NCBI GenBank assembly: GCA_035294265.1 | Contig: DATGLK010000103.1 | Location: forward strand, 10,603 to 74,602 | DNA: 64,000 nucleotides | Source of the DNA: Candidatus Binataceae bacterium | GTDB lineage: Bacteria; Desulfobacterota; Binatia; Binatales; Binataceae | Direction: 5' to 3' | Shown: positions 9,462 through 18,853 of the stretch, piece by piece | Position numbering within the stretch: the first letter of the stretch is position 1 | How the letters are laid out: each line of letters starts with the position of its first letter | The notes under the pieces: model-generated | The model's input: the letters and a program-made list of their open reading frames with translations, nothing else | What the model was told of the DNA's origin: nothing | Database searches by the model: none | Made by a program: the position numbers and the translations under genes

Positions 9462-10709
9462 TCACACCGCCAACGCTGAAGCCTCGACCTGAACCCGGTC
9501 GTGCCCTTTGACCGGGAACACCAAGCTACCGCCCATCGCGGCAACCAGGGCCAGACAGGTCCCGGTTAGGAACGCGCCACGATAATTGCCGCTGAGGTCG
9601 TACATCACACCAATCAGCAGCGGCCCGCTCATGTGGCCGATCGATCCGAAAGCGTTGAGTATCCCAGCCAGCGAGCCGTAGCGGCGCCGGCCCAGGCTTT
9701 GCACCAGCACCACCGACATGAGGGTATCGCCACCAAAGCTGAAGCCCCATAGCGGGATGAAGCTGACCAGGGCGAAAATCCCTAAACGCGGACTGGCCGC
9801 GCCCAGCAGCAGCATGGTAGCCAAGCCCGCCATCGCAAAGGCTACCACCACGGTGCGCTTGGCACCGTAGCGGTCAGCCAACCAGCCCAGGGCTAGATGG
9901 CCGATCCCGGCAAAAGTGGCTTGGGCGCCGAAAATCGCCGCCGCCGCTGCCGGGGTATAGGCGATGCCGATCAGATAGGGGATCAAATGCAAGACCGTTC
10001 CAGTAGTGCCGGCAGTATAAATCAAGTTGGAAATTACGATCAGCCAGAAGGCGGCCGTACATAAAGCCGGGAGGACTTCCAAACCGGGCAATTGCGCGGT
10101 GTTCTCTTGGACTTGAGCAACCGGACGATCTTGAGCAGGCGCCTTACGAATCAGGAGCAGACTTACCGGTATTCCCAACCCCAGCATCGGTAATGCGGTC
10201 GCCGCCATTCCGGCCCGCCATCCATAATGCGTCACTACCCAGGTGACCCATGACGGCCCCGTAGCCAGACCGATGGAACGGCCGGCCGCACCCACCCCAA
10301 TTGCCAGGGCGCTGCGCTCGCCAAACCAACTCACCGCCACCGCCATCAAGGCGGTATCGGCCGACAGCGCGGTGCCAAAGCCTACCAGGGCATAGCAAGC
10401 GATCAGCCCGTCAAGCGAGCCAATTTGACTTGCCGTCAGGTAGCCCAGGCCGGCCAGCGCGCAGCCGCTCGCCACGATCCAATGGGCGCTGATACGGTCA
10501 ACCAGCCACCCCGCGACCGGGCAGCCCAAGCCATAGAGCAAGGCCCAGGAACTGGCGATACGCGAGACTTGCTCGTGGTTCCAATGAAAATAACGAATCA
10601 GCGGAGTGATAAAGACCCCGGTGGTCCCCAGCGCCGTGCCATAGACCGTGATCTCGCTTATTACAAAGGCGGCGATCACCCACCACCCCTGTCGTTGTCG
10701 CTCGCTCAT
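9462..10709 (-). CDS. MFS transporter
   Basis: About 12 hydrophobic segments. Motif A in both halves (GWLVDRISAH, GWLADRYGAKR). Confidence 0.9.
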   Translation of the reverse strand: MSERQRQGWWVIAAFVISEITVYGTALGTTGVFITPLIRYFHWNHEQVSRIASSWALLYGLGCPVAGWLVDRISAHWIVASGCALAGLGYLTASQIGSLDGLIACYALVGFGTALSADTALMAVAVSWFGERSALAIGVGAAGRSIGLATGPSWVTWVVTHYGWRAGMAATALPMLGLGIPVSLLLIRKAPAQDRPVAQVQENTAQLPGLEVLPALCTAAFWLIVISNLIYTAGTTGTVLHLIPYLIGIAYTPAAAAAIFGAQATFAGIGHLALGWLADRYGAKRTVVVAFAMAGLATMLLLGAASPRLGIFALVSFIPLWGFSFGGDTLMSVVLVQSLGRRRYGSLAGILNAFGSIGHMSGPLLIGVMYDLSGNYRGAFLTGTCLALVAAMGGSLVFPVKGHDRVQVEASALAV

Positions 10710-11226
10710 CAGCTAAATCTACCCTCAAACCTCTGCGCTGCCATGTCCCCAGATCGCCCGCACTCCTAGCTTGGCCTCGCCCGATAAGTCAAGGAAGGCT
10801 GATCGCTCAGCAGGGCTGGAGTCCACAGAGGAATTTTCGAGCCACCTCTCACCTGACCCATTTCCCTTCAGGAGCAGGGAACGCAGAGCGGTCGATTTGG
10901 GGACGCCGCTTCGGGCGACTAGCGCCCTCACGACCTAGCTCGCGGTCTCGACCGCGGGTCGACTTTGGGCGGATTCCCGGTGAGCCACACGGCGAAAGGT
11001 TGGCGGTGCAACGGCGGACAGATTAATTCTGCCGCTGCTCCAGGAGGGAGAGCCGCAGCCGGGTATAACCAGTTGAGGGACGGACGTAGCGGGTGCAGGC
11101 CGCTTATTCCAGCTCGCCAGGGCGGTTGACCAAGAAAACAAGCAGGCGATATTGTTCACCAAGACAAGGCAATCGCGCGCTGTCCAAGGCGCCGAAATTG
11201 TCGCCATCAACGAGGTGACCTGAGCC

Positions 11227-12483
11227 ATGCTTACCCGTGAGGACAACGAATTCCTGACCAGCACGCGCGCCGGCACGCCGATGGGCGACCTGCTGCGCGA
11301 GTATTGGATGCCGGCGGTGCGCTCGGCGGCGCTGGAGGCCGACGGCGCGCCCAAGCGGGTGCGGCTGCTTGGCGAAAATTACGTCGCCTTTCGTTCAACC
11401 GACGGGCGGGTGGGGTTTTTCGACGAAGGCTGCCCGCATCGCTGCACCTCGCTGGCGCTGGCGCGCAACGAAGATAACGCGCTTACCTGCATCTTCCACG
11501 GCTGGAAAATCGACGTCTCGGGCAAGGTCGTTGAAGTGCCCTCTGAACCCCCCGAGCGACGAACTGAATTCGCAGCCAAGGTGCGCGTGCGTCATTACCC
11601 AGTACGCGAGGCCGGGCTGATGGTCTGGGTTTATCTGGGCAAACGCGCCGATCCGCCGCCCTTTCCTATGTTCGAGTACAACAATCTGCCTGCCGGCCAC
11701 GTGCATGTGCGCCGCGCGATGCTCCATTACAACTGGGTGCAGGGGCTGGAGGCGCATATCGACTCCTCCCATCTGGGCATCCTGCACAGCGGCTTTATCA
11801 AGACCGGAACCCAGAGTTCACCGCGCGATCTGATGATGTCGGCAGCCAACACCGGCCCGCGCTTCGAGTTCGACATCACGCCCTACGGAATCCGCGAAGG
11901 AGCACTGCGCGACCAGGGCAACGGCACGATGTACGCCCGCATCCGGCAGATTGTGCTGCCCTTTTTCACCTTCATTCCTGCCAACGTCAATTTCCCTTGT
12001 TCAGCGCGCGCCACCATCCCGATCGACGATGAATGGGACGCCGAGTGGTACATCATCTACGACCCCAAGGCACCGCTGACCGAGCAAGCCATTGCCACCG
12101 CGATGTGGAACACCTCGGGCGACCTGGATAATTTCGCCTCCAACTTGGGCGGCTTCGACGACATGTGGAAGCAGGATCGGCGCTCGATGAAGGAGGGACA
12201 TTGGAGCGGCCTGGGACGCAATATCCCGTTCGAGGATTTCACCGTCGAAGAATCGATGGGGCCCAAGACCGATCGCACACGTGAGTATTTGGGCTCCAGC
12301 GACACGATTTTGATTCGCGCCCGCCGCCTCCTGATGGAAGCGGCACGTGCCTATGCGGCCGGCAAGCCGGCGCCCTGGCAGGAAAATATTGACTATAACC
12401 AAGTCCGCGCGCTGGCGATCGATTTTCCGGTCGAGCGCGACTGGCGCAGCCTGGACGTGCTCAACGCCTTCGCCCGCGCCTAG
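11227..12483 (+). CDS. Rieske non-heme iron oxygenase alpha subunit (phthalate 4,5-dioxygenase/PobA-like)
   Basis: MLTREDNEFLT...GTPMGDLLREYW, CPHR...CIFHG Rieske ligands, EAHIDSSHLGILH mononuclear iron motif, FEDFTVEESMG, EYLGSSD. Confidence 0.9.
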   Translation: MLTREDNEFLTSTRAGTPMGDLLREYWMPAVRSAALEADGAPKRVRLLGENYVAFRSTDGRVGFFDEGCPHRCTSLALARNEDNALTCIFHGWKIDVSGKVVEVPSEPPERRTEFAAKVRVRHYPVREAGLMVWVYLGKRADPPPFPMFEYNNLPAGHVHVRRAMLHYNWVQGLEAHIDSSHLGILHSGFIKTGTQSSPRDLMMSAANTGPRFEFDITPYGIREGALRDQGNGTMYARIRQIVLPFFTFIPANVNFPCSARATIPIDDEWDAEWYIIYDPKAPLTEQAIATAMWNTSGDLDNFASNLGGFDDMWKQDRRSMKEGHWSGLGRNIPFEDFTVEESMGPKTDRTREYLGSSDTILIRARRLLMEAARAYAAGKPAPWQENIDYNQVRALAIDFPVERDWRSLDVLNAFARA

Positions 12484-12497
12484 GCGCGCGGACCGCA

Positions 12498-12513
12498 GGC
12501 GGTTCTGACCGCC
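12498..12513. terminator. Hairpin between convergent genes
   Basis: GGCGGT-TCTG-ACCGCC perfect 6-bp stem between the Rieske and cupin stop codons. No U-tract. Confidence 0.3.
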
Positions 12514-12514
12514 C

Positions 12515-13720
12515 TCAAGCCAGCTCCAGTATCGGGCGCTGAGCCGCCTCGCGCCCCTGCGCACGGAACTGGCCGATCTTCTCCAGCAGCGGCCGATCCG
12601 ACACCGCGTACAGCACCGCGTCACCCGCGCCCGTGTTCTGATGGCGCCGCCACAGAAAATTGGGCACCACGAAGATGTCGTTGACTTCCCATTCAAAGCG
12701 CTGCCCCGCCACTTCGGTCACTCCGCTCCCCTCGATAACGGTGTACAGCGTGCTCGCGGTCTCCCGTTTGAAATGGGTGGTCTCGCCCACCCGCAGCAAC
12801 TGCGCGCTATATGAGAGGGTGGGAAACAGTGGCGCCCCGTCGCGCGGATTGACCAGATCCAGCTTGATCCCTTCGTAAGGATCGCCGGTCTCCTCGCGCA
12901 TGTCGGCCAGCGCCGCACGAATCTCACTGCCGCGATAATGGATCAGCGGAGCGATTGGCGCGCGCTCGTCGCGGCGCGCCGGCACCAGCCCGCCGCGACC
13001 GTAGCGCCGGCCGGTCGTCCCAGCCGCCACACTTACCGCTTGTGCGCGCGTCCTACCCTGACGCGCGCCAGGAAAATCGTCATCCAGCCAGATGCAATCC
13101 AGGAATTCCAGCAACGGCCAGTCCAGGATATCCATCCAGATGACCGGGGTCGCGCCGTCGTTGCCGTGATCGTGCCAGGAACCGTTGGGCGTGATGATCA
13201 CGTCGCCCCGCGTGGCCTCGCAGCGTTCACCGTCCACCGTGGTGTAGCCGCCGTTGTCGGAGAGGATGGTGCGCGAGGCGTTGGGAGTATGGCGATGGAC
13301 CGGCGCGACGTCGCCGGGATTGTAGATCGAAACCGCGCATCGGATCGCGTTGGCCACCTGGAGCCGGCCGCCCAGGCCGGGATTGGTGAGGAGAAACTGC
13401 TGGCGGTCGGCGAACTCGATCGGTGACACTCCGCCGCTGCGCGCCAGTTCCGCGATACGGGTCAGGTAGGGCGAGATCTCGCGCCAGCGCCAATGGTGGG
13501 GTAACGCCTTGAGCTGTCCGGCGGCAACCCGGCCGGCGGCGACCCGGCCCCCGGCTTCCAATCCGGTATCGCGCGCCCACGGTTGCTGCGCGGGCGCGTT
13601 GGCCTGCGTGCGCAGCCAGATATGCAACCCCGCCGCTTGCGCGTTGAGCTGCTCCATCGCCTCGCGCACGTTAGCAGAAAGCGCACCGACTCCGTTTGTT
13701 GGGCTACTTGCGGCGGCCAT
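12515..13720 (-). CDS. Bicupin ring-cleaving dioxygenase, gentisate 1,2-dioxygenase family
   Basis: PHHWRW, LLTNPGL, APVHRHTPNASR, GDVIITPNGSWHDHGN, WMDILDWPL, FEWEVNDIFVVPNFLW, SDRPLLEKIG. Confidence 0.85.
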   Translation of the reverse strand: MAAASSPTNGVGALSANVREAMEQLNAQAAGLHIWLRTQANAPAQQPWARDTGLEAGGRVAAGRVAAGQLKALPHHWRWREISPYLTRIAELARSGGVSPIEFADRQQFLLTNPGLGGRLQVANAIRCAVSIYNPGDVAPVHRHTPNASRTILSDNGGYTTVDGERCEATRGDVIITPNGSWHDHGNDGATPVIWMDILDWPLLEFLDCIWLDDDFPGARQGRTRAQAVSVAAGTTGRRYGRGGLVPARRDERAPIAPLIHYRGSEIRAALADMREETGDPYEGIKLDLVNPRDGAPLFPTLSYSAQLLRVGETTHFKRETASTLYTVIEGSGVTEVAGQRFEWEVNDIFVVPNFLWRRHQNTGAGDAVLYAVSDRPLLEKIGQFRAQGREAAQRPILELA

Positions 13721-13821
13721 CGATCGATCCTCCAGGGGGCTTCGTAAACATGCCAGCTATCAGGCCATGCCCCACTTTAACCTCGCCCACACCGATAGAA
13801 CAGCGAAGCGCACGGCACGGG

Positions 13822-15243
13822 TCAGGCAGCTTGCGAAATCGACGGCCGGCCCAGCGCCGCCAGCACTTGGTTGGCCGCCGTAAGGCCGGTCAGATAGGCA
13901 CCGTTGACGGTCTGGCAATACTCCACCGATAGCGCCTCGCCGGCGAAAAAAACCTGGTCGGCCAGGGGCTGAGCCAACTGCTGGCGGGCGCCGGCATTGC
14001 CGGGCGTCGCGTAGCTGTAGGAGCCTTGAGTCCACGGATCGTTGAGCCAAGCCGTAGTCAGCGCGTTCTGATAGTAATTCAGGATACTGCTGCCGAACAG
14101 GTTGGACACCTGCTGTTGCGCAAACGCAATCATAGCGGCACTGCCCTCGCTTACCAGTTGGCGTGCCTGCGCCCCGCCCACAAAGCAGAACGCCACGTTG
14201 CCGCCCCATAGCGGCGCCTGGACCGCGGCCAGTTCAAGCGAATCCACCAGCGGAAACAGCAGCGAGTTGGTGGGAGTGTCGAAGACCTGGCGCGAGAAGC
14301 CCAAAAAGATCTTTTCGAAATTTCCCATTGGCAGGCCGGCGATGGCATCGAGATAAGCCGAAGGCAGGGCCGGATTGAAGCCGATTACACCGGCCGCCAA
14401 ACCGCCCATGGGTGTGGTGACGACCGCGGTCCGCGCGCGCACGGTACCCCTGGGGGTGGTGAGTTGCACGCCATCGCTGTTGCCCCAGGCGATCGCGTTG
14501 ACCGGGGTGGCGAGCTGGATGTTCAACCCGGCGGCGAAGGAAGCCACAAAGCTACCCATCCCGCCCGCGATCATCGTGTCGCCAGGCTGTGGGATGCTGT
14601 AATTAAAGAAATCCTGCGAGGAAAGCTTCGGAAAAGCGGTGGCAAAATCCAGCGGCCCGATAAACGCCTCGCCCAGCTGATACCAAGGCTGCCCGACCAA
14701 ATTGGCGGTGGCTTGCGCAGCCGATTCGTCAGGGCTGCCGTGCGAAGCCGCTTCGCCGGCGGTTTCAATTTCGCTCTCCAGAGCATCGATCATGCTCTCC
14801 GCCGGCTGGTATTGTTGGGGCGGTGCCGGCTGGGTGCCGTTGTAAAAGAGCTCCGGACTTTGCGCCATCAGGCCGTAGCCATGGGCCGCCGCATAGGCCC
14901 GCAGGGCATTGCTGGGCGATTGATGGAACCATTGGCCGCCAAGGTCTACCGGGACCGCGAAGGTACTGGTGTTAGTGTAGGTTCGTCCACCGATGCGGTT
15001 GCGCCCCTCCAGCACCAGGACCGAAAGCCCGCTGGCGGCCAAGGTGCTGGCCGCCGCCAGCCCCGCCATTCCGGAACCGACCACCACACTGTCGTAAGTC
15101 GCGCTGGAAGAGCTGCTGGAACCACATCCGGCCAAATAGAGGTAGGGAGCGGTGGCCAGCGCTGCCTTAAGAAAGGTTCGCCGACTCAGCGCCGCTGCGA
15201 GCTTTCCTTGCGGAAAGATGCGGTCCTGAACGAAGTACCTCAT
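13822..15243 (-). CDS. Flavin monoamine oxidase family protein with Tat signal and lipobox
   Basis: SRRTFLK twin-arginine motif, then LAGC lipobox and Ser linker. VVVGSGMAGLAAA, VLEGRNRIGGR, DLGGQWFH, WLNDPWTQGSYS, FFAGEA, TVNGAYLTG. Confidence 0.88.
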   Translation of the reverse strand: MRYFVQDRIFPQGKLAAALSRRTFLKAALATAPYLYLAGCGSSSSSSATYDSVVVGSGMAGLAAASTLAASGLSVLVLEGRNRIGGRTYTNTSTFAVPVDLGGQWFHQSPSNALRAYAAAHGYGLMAQSPELFYNGTQPAPPQQYQPAESMIDALESEIETAGEAASHGSPDESAAQATANLVGQPWYQLGEAFIGPLDFATAFPKLSSQDFFNYSIPQPGDTMIAGGMGSFVASFAAGLNIQLATPVNAIAWGNSDGVQLTTPRGTVRARTAVVTTPMGGLAAGVIGFNPALPSAYLDAIAGLPMGNFEKIFLGFSRQVFDTPTNSLLFPLVDSLELAAVQAPLWGGNVAFCFVGGAQARQLVSEGSAAMIAFAQQQVSNLFGSSILNYYQNALTTAWLNDPWTQGSYSYATPGNAGARQQLAQPLADQVFFAGEALSVEYCQTVNGAYLTGLTAANQVLAALGRPSISQAA

Positions 15244-15994
15244 CGAAAGCTCCTTTTTCCCACTCCGGCGAATTGGTGGACGTGCTTGGGACTCGGACGG
15301 ACGACGCGGGGATAGATGAGCTCGAAGCTATTCATTTTGTCGGATTAAAACACCGGTAGACATTAACCGCCACCCACACCTCCCAGCCGGTTGAAGGAGA
15401 TACGTAAATTTGGCTGACCGCAATAAAGCGGTGAGCAAAATGACCCCGCCCAGGCTTCCCTTGGCGTGCCCAACAAGGTCTGGCAGAAACATAATTGCAG
15501 CTGGTGAGATTGATTTGGCTTGGCACCCAAGTTCCGCTGAAGGTGGCTTCGCAATTCTGCGCGCCGCACGGGTTGAAACTTAAAACCGACTCCGCGTTTA
15601 TTCGCGGCGAACTATCTCGACTTTAGTCATCATGCTCTAAACGATGCATAAGGCGTTAAGCAATTGCAAACAGCTTTGATCTGAATTTTCAAGAAATATC
15701 TAACGCCAAACAAAGGCAGACATGCTGTAATCAAGCCATAAATATCATACTTTAGACTTACTGCTCCTTCTTTCAGGCAGCGACCGAGGTGAACTCTTCG
15801 GCCTGCTAAGCGGCTTTTCCAGGATCAGACCTTGCTTTTGTAAATCGCTTCGCAAATTGAATCTATTTTGCAGATCGCTCGACGCTTTCTTGGGTAGGTA
15901 GTGCCAAAACTGTGAAACTAGTCGTCTAAGTAGCGGTATGGCGCTTGCTTGGATAAGTAAGCATCCTGATTAAAGCAAGGAGGCCTCGCCGCTG

Positions 15995-16456
15995 ATGATG
16001 AAGCATATAGGCATGGCGGCTGGTTTAGCGCTCGCCTTGAGCTTAACTGGCGCTCCCAACTGGGCGCTGGCAGCCAGCGCCCAACCAAATCAGCTAGCGT
16101 TAGGGAAAAAGCTGCTGGCGGCGACTTTTAACGCACCTGACCTCGGTCATTCGGCAGCCTTGGCCGATCCGGCCGAGCATCCTGGCAACACCATGGAGAC
16201 TTACGGTGGCGAAGTGCAGTGGCCGGGTGCAGTGGCGAAATACGTGGCTGAACAGATTGCCAAGGCAAAAGCCGAGGGCAAAGACACCAGTCTGGCAGAA
16301 GCTCACTACCGACTAGCGATCAACTGGATTCGCATGGGGCAGAACCTCAACGCGGCGCATCATTTCGATACCGCCTTGAGGGCGCTCGGGATCAGGCCTC
16401 AGGTGCCGGGCCAAAACGTGGGCGAGGTGATGGGCGTCCATCAGCCAGAAGGCTGA
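15995..16456 (+). CDS. Secreted hypothetical protein
   Basis: AGGAGG RBS at about 15978. Signal peptide MMKHIGMAAGLALALSLTGAPNWALA, then a helical mature region. Confidence 0.7.
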   Translation: MMKHIGMAAGLALALSLTGAPNWALAASAQPNQLALGKKLLAATFNAPDLGHSAALADPAEHPGNTMETYGGEVQWPGAVAKYVAEQIAKAKAEGKDTSLAEAHYRLAINWIRMGQNLNAAHHFDTALRALGIRPQVPGQNVGEVMGVHQPEG

Positions 16457-16798
16457 CAAACTGTCCTCCGCATAGGGCACGGCTGCCGGCTGAGGGAGCG
16501 CCGCGCCCTGACGGTAGTAGTGTCACCCAACCACCTGAGCGAGGCGAAGAAGGAAAGCGCCATAAGATCTATCGGACGCCTCCACGCCACCGGGCATCAC
16601 GGGGTCAAGCCCCTAGCGCGCAACTGGTTTGCATCCAAAAGCAACCGCGCGGCGAGGTTTATCGCACAACTCGCCAATTGGACGCCCCCATTCGCGCTTC
16701 TTCATCACCACAACCGGCTTCCTAAACCCTTTTTTTAGGCCAAAACCGCTGACCAAATCCTCGATTCAGTTGCCGCACCTTGTTAACCAGTCTCTAAA

Positions 16799-17923
16799 TC
16801 AGGACCTTAGCGCCTGCTGATACATCTCTACCAGTTTGCTGGTTACGGTATGCCAACCGAATTGCTCGATCATCAGGCGTCGGGCATTGCGTCCCAGGCG
16901 CCGGGCCCGCTCCGTATCCACCAATAGACTATGAATCGCTTCGGCCAGCGCCGCCGGCGAATCTGCTGTCACCAGCCCGGCCTGATTGCGCTCAATCTCC
17001 TCGCTCAACGCCACGCCGCGCGTAACAATCACCGGCATCCCCACCGCCATCGCCTCGGCTACCGCAACCCCGAAACTTTCGTCTCGTGAGGGCAACACAA
17101 ACATGTCCGCGCTGTCGAGCAAAGCCTGCTTGCTATGCCCGGTGACGAAACCCGTAAAAGTGATTCGATCTTCCAGATTTAGGCGGGCCACTAGTCGCCG
17201 CAAACGACTCTCGTAGGCGGGCTCACCACTGCCCGCTACCACGCAGCGTAGATCGGGATGACGCGGCACGGTCAAGGCCAGCCCCTCAAAAAGCATCTCC
17301 AGCCTTTTTTTAGGATCCAACCGCGACAGAAATAAAATGGTCTCGCCCGCCGGCGAACCGGGATGAAACGATGGACGCAAACTGACCCCAATGGGTACCA
17401 CATACACCGGTCGTTTGAGTTGCCTCACCACCCGCGACCGCGCCTCTGCCTGCGAAGTGCAATGCAACGCAGCGGCCTCGCGCAACAATGGAAATTCTAT
17501 CCCCCTGAGATAAATTGCCTTGGCGATGCGCTTGCGCCGCAAACCCCACTCATCCAGCGAGCCGTGGGGTGTAACCACATACCGGACACCAGCGCGCTTG
17601 CACTGGCGCGCGGCCTCAAATGTGCTGTAGCGAAATAGCCCGTGGATATGCACCAGCTCATAGCTGCTGACCCGCTCGCGCAGCCAACGCCTGAGCGCTT
17701 CGGAGTAGGCATAACCCGCCAACGGCCCGGCCCGCACGACGTGCACCCAGGTCGGGTGACCTTCAGGCCACAAGTTGTCGTAATGGCGTTCGGCCCGCCT
17801 CTCGGTGCAGATGATCTCGCCTTGAACTCCAGCGTTGCGCAGCGCTTGCACCATGTCCGCCGCCGCGAAGCTGGGACCTCCATGATGAACCGCCAAGGCC
17901 GGTATCACGTGCAGAACTCTCAT
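16799..17923 (-). CDS. Glycosyltransferase family 4
   Basis: MRVLHVIP...GGP, HIHGLF, VVTPHGSL, FLSRLDPKKRL, FVLPSRDESFGVAVAEAMAVGMPV. Confidence 0.92.
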   Translation of the reverse strand: MRVLHVIPALAVHHGGPSFAAADMVQALRNAGVQGEIICTERRAERHYDNLWPEGHPTWVHVVRAGPLAGYAYSEALRRWLRERVSSYELVHIHGLFRYSTFEAARQCKRAGVRYVVTPHGSLDEWGLRRKRIAKAIYLRGIEFPLLREAAALHCTSQAEARSRVVRQLKRPVYVVPIGVSLRPSFHPGSPAGETILFLSRLDPKKRLEMLFEGLALTVPRHPDLRCVVAGSGEPAYESRLRRLVARLNLEDRITFTGFVTGHSKQALLDSADMFVLPSRDESFGVAVAEAMAVGMPVIVTRGVALSEEIERNQAGLVTADSPAALAEAIHSLLVDTERARRLGRNARRLMIEQFGWHTVTSKLVEMYQQALRS

Positions 17924-17926
17924 CCC

Positions 17927-18853
17927 TTAGCCCCGCGTCCCACATACGCCCACTGCGGACCACACCCGCATTTGCGAAAAGCCCAAGGCCCGATACCAGT
18001 CCAGCACCTCCTCCGTGCTATGCCGGCTCTGATAACGCGGCCCCAGCGAGTCGTATAGGCCAAAGCGAATCGTCGCCAAACTCAATGGCTTGCGCCCAAC
18101 CAACGGCGCCAGCACACCACCCATGAACAGCGGCCAGGCAAGCCAACCGCACAGCCGGCGCATCTGAGCTTCGGGAAGCCCACGTGCCATCGGCAACCAC
18201 CGGCGCAAACCGAGAAAAACCGATCTGCGGCGCGCGCTGTAAACCCACACCGCCAAACTCCCACCCGGCGCCACCAGGCTGGCCAACTGCTCGAAACCAC
18301 GCCGCGGCGCCCCGGTGTGATGCAGCACGCCCATGCTCCAAACCATATCGAAACTGCCCGCCCAAAAAGGTGGATGCATCAGGTCGGCCTGCACAAAATT
18401 GAGGTTGCTCGGCGCACTGACACCGAGCCGGCGAACCTCTCCGCTCAGATCCAATCCCACGACGTTGGCACCTAACTCCGCCAAGCTCTTCGCCAGCCTG
18501 CCGCTGCCACAACCCGCGTCCAGGATCCAGCGCCCGTGAATCGCCTCGGGCACGCAGTCCATGGCGCGCAGAAAATTGGCCACCTCCGCCGCCGAGTCCG
18601 CGCCGTACAAGGTCGCGCGTTCGAAATCCCCTTGATGGTAGCGGCGCCATTGATGATCGAAGCTGAACGCGATCTCCGAGGTCTTGGCAATGCGCAAGTC
18701 ATACACCCCGTGATGCGCGCCGAACAGCCGCCCACAGGTGGTACATTTCAAGGGACCACCTTCGCCCGCCGACGCCAGCCGCGCGCGATGGCATGGACTC
18801 GCCAGCAGATCGACAAAGCTGGTCGGGATACGCCAAGCCACGGTACTGCTCAT
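17927..18853 (-). CDS. Class I SAM-dependent methyltransferase with N-terminal Trm112-like zinc ribbon
   Basis: LASPCH...CTTCGRLF N-terminus, ILDAGCGSGR motif I, VVGLDLS, FDMVWSMGVLHH. ATGA overlap with the upstream gene. Confidence 0.85.
   Translation of the reverse strand: MSSTVAWRIPTSFVDLLASPCHRARLASAGEGGPLKCTTCGRLFGAHHGVYDLRIAKTSEIAFSFDHQWRRYHQGDFERATLYGADSAAEVANFLRAMDCVPEAIHGRWILDAGCGSGRLAKSLAELGANVVGLDLSGEVRRLGVSAPSNLNFVQADLMHPPFWAGSFDMVWSMGVLHHTGAPRRGFEQLASLVAPGGSLAVWVYSARRRSVFLGLRRWLPMARGLPEAQMRRLCGWLAWPLFMGGVLAPLVGRKPLSLATIRFGLYDSLGPRYQSRHSTEEVLDWYRALGFSQMRVWSAVGVCGTRG

Noticed and set aside
11126-11155. Sigma70 promoter TTGACC-N18-TATTGT for the Rieske gene
   Set aside because: Plausible, but the -10 is weak and the spacing suboptimal. 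Not supportable without TSS data.
15520-15950. Sigma54 promoters, FNR box or c-di-GMP riboswitch in the AT-rich spacer
   Set aside because: The TGGCAC/TGGCGC sites lack a correctly spaced TTGC, the TTGAT half-site lacks ATCAA, and riboswitch elements are not in the right order.
16540-16745. Structured RNA between the secreted protein and GT4
   Set aside because: There are a few short pairings (GAAGAAG/CTTCTTC, GGCGAG/CTCGCC, CCTAAA/TTTAGG) but no recognisable family. They may only be terminators.
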